From contig NZ_LVZK01000003.1 of assembly GCF_001652275.1 (NCBI RefSeq), positions 383,672 to 447,671 on the forward strand: DNA of 64,000 bases. The letters run 5' to 3'. Shown piece after piece: positions 61,158-64,000 of the stretch; the first letter of the stretch is position 1; each line of letters starts with the position of its first letter. A model generated the notes under the pieces. That model searched no databases. It was not told the DNA's origin and worked only from the letters and a program-made list of their open reading frames with translations. The translations under genes and the position numbers were made by a program. This DNA comes from Peptidiphaga gingivicola. GTDB taxonomy: Bacteria > Actinomycetota > Actinomycetes > Actinomycetales > Actinomycetaceae.

Positions 61158-61996
61158 CTACGGCTGCTCCTTGCCCGAACAATCCCTGACCCAAGAGTCG
61201 AGTTTCATAGCCTTGCGAATAGTCGTCATTCCTGGTGGGTCGTCTTTGCACTGAGCAAAGTTTTCATCGCTGTACTCGATGACGAAAACGGCCTTGCCGT
61301 CTCCTAGGACTGTTGACCAATACTTGCAGGCGTTGCCTCCGTGACAGTCTTCGACTATGGCCATATCGATGTTGCCAATGAGATGATCGATTTGTTCTAG
61401 ATTGTTTCTCAGCGAGAAGGCCATTCCTTGGTTGTGGCCGTGGCTGAGAGTTTTTCAATGTAACGAATTTCTTCTTGGTCCGTTATTCGAAAGCCGGTGT
61501 CGCGCTTCCAACTGTCGACGTTGTCTGCGTCCACTCCCAGAAAGCCCTTGTCCGCGCACACCTTGATCCGACTTTCCATCAGGTGGAAAAACTCGTTCTG
61601 CTTGCTGACATTGAGCCAATGCGCGCCCGGCAAATTCGGATAGCCTTTCCCTATGACTTCCTTTGGGAACAACTTTGCATCAGCTCGCCAGTCTTCCCAC
61701 GCACCGACGTTGACGTAGCAGACGGGGTAGGCGCCTCTGGCTCGAAGCTCGCGGACCTGATCGGACGTGACGTCTTCCGGGTCCAGATCTACAACCTGGG
61801 CCGTGACGTTCCCCGTGTAAGAGGCGATCTCGACCTGGAAGGAAGAGCCCGGCTTTGGCCGTTTGATCCGAGAGTCCTGAAATGTGTCTGCGGTACCCGA
61901 CGTCGAGCCGGGAATCGATGTCAGCCGCGCCCCGAGAGCGCAGCTCGCAGTGCTGAGAATGGCGATAACAAGCGTGAAGTATCGGGTTAAACGCAC
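61158..61996 (-). pseudogene. GH114-like (endo-alpha-1,4-polygalactosaminidase family) secreted hydrolase gene disrupted by a frameshift at a T5/A5 homopolymer (about 61451-61455)
   Basis: The family-typical sequence continues across two frames (...EIRYIEKLS | HGHNQGMAFSLRNNLEQIDHL...FVIEYS). ORFs 61409..62293 and 61158..61424 overlap. Signal-peptide-like start VRLTRYFTLVIAILSTASCA near 61996. Confidence 0.55.
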
Positions 61997-62204
61997 GTCT
62001 TGTACACTACTGCATCGGTGTGTGTTGGTTGTTTGGCGGGCGGTGTTTATGGCTGGGTTCACGCTGAGCACGCCGGCAGCCGCGTCGGCGTCTGGCGGTG
62101 TGTTGGTTGTCTGCCGCGGTGTCTGGCGGTGCGTTGTCTGCCGCGGTGTCTGGCGGGTTGGCGGCGGGGGCGGGGGCAGCCGCGTGCGTGCGGTGGCAGG
62201 CGAC

Positions 62205-62237
62205 AAGAAAGGGGGGGGCCGCTGGGCGGCCCCCCCT
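62205..62237 (-). terminator. rrn operon terminator hairpin AAAGGGGGGGGCCGC-TGG-GCGGCCCCCCCTTT
   Basis: Perfect GC-rich stem flanked by A/T runs, immediately downstream of the 5S rRNA. Confidence 0.7.
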
Positions 62238-62246
62238 TTGTGGTGT

Positions 62247-62366
62247 GGGCGGCGGTGTCCTACTCTCCCACACCCTGGCGGGTGCAGTACCATCGGCGCT
62301 GGCAGTCTTAGCTTCCGGGTTCGGAAAGGAAAGGTCCGGGCGTGTCCCTGCCGCTATGACCGCCGC
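62247..62366 (-). rRNA. rrf: 5S ribosomal RNA
   Basis: Reverse complement reads ...GGCGGCGGTCATAGCGGCAGGGACACGCCCGGACC...CCGAACCCGGAAGCTAAGACTGCCAGCGCCGATGGTACTGCACC...GGGAGAGTAGGACACCGCCGCC. Confidence 0.8.
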
Positions 62367-62489
62367 CACGCGGTCCCGGGCTGCCACACCCCTGCCCCGC
62401 GGGGGGTGTGGGGTTCGGGTATCGCATAGCGGACGCGAATCGCCCTCCCCCCAACGAATGGAGAGAGAGGAAAAGTGTGTTGGGTTGGT

Positions 62490-64000
<1,511 letters not shown>

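Overview
High-GC (about 65-70%) actinobacterial chromosomal segment. Housekeeping genes make up most of it: branched-chain amino-acid biosynthesis (ilvE, leuB, ilvBNC with a leader/attenuator, ilvD), efeUOB iron uptake, a CydDC-like ABC exporter pair, yggS, a lipoate-protein ligase, mannitol dehydrogenase, and the 3' end of an rRNA operon (23S partial and 5S, minus strand). Two accessory regions of lower GC stand out. (1) A complete type I-E CRISPR-Cas locus (cas3-cse1-cse2-cas7-cas5-cas6e-cas1-cas2 on the minus strand, 18.2-28.1 kb). Its 66-repeat array (28.17-32.17 kb) lies on the cas3 side and is transcribed divergently from cas3 across a 106-bp leader. (2) At 1.1-4.45 kb, a compact three-gene operon with overlapping start/stop codons. 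It encodes a protein with an Mrr-like restriction-endonuclease-fold N-terminal motif, an 84-aa protein, and a coiled-coil SMC/ABC-type ATPase. The operon is bracketed by 100-bp direct repeats of 97% identity and sits about 200 bp from the 3' end of tRNA-His. Its architecture resembles three-component anti-phage modules such as Lamassu type II or ABC-3C, but I cannot assign it to a family from sequence alone; it is the best candidate here for an undescribed or poorly described defence system. Other notable features are three tRNAs (His-GTG, two Lys-CTT), two TetR regulators (one with two clear palindromic operators), an SPFH-protein gene translationally coupled to a ribbon-helix-helix gene next to the CRISPR trailer, a GH114-like gene broken by a frameshift at a homopolymer, several families of short intergenic direct and tandem repeats, and a recurring theme of long low-complexity extensions on otherwise ordinary proteins. 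Many additional ORFs in the six-frame track are antisense or alternate-frame artefacts of high GC content, or translations of CRISPR repeats, and are not called.
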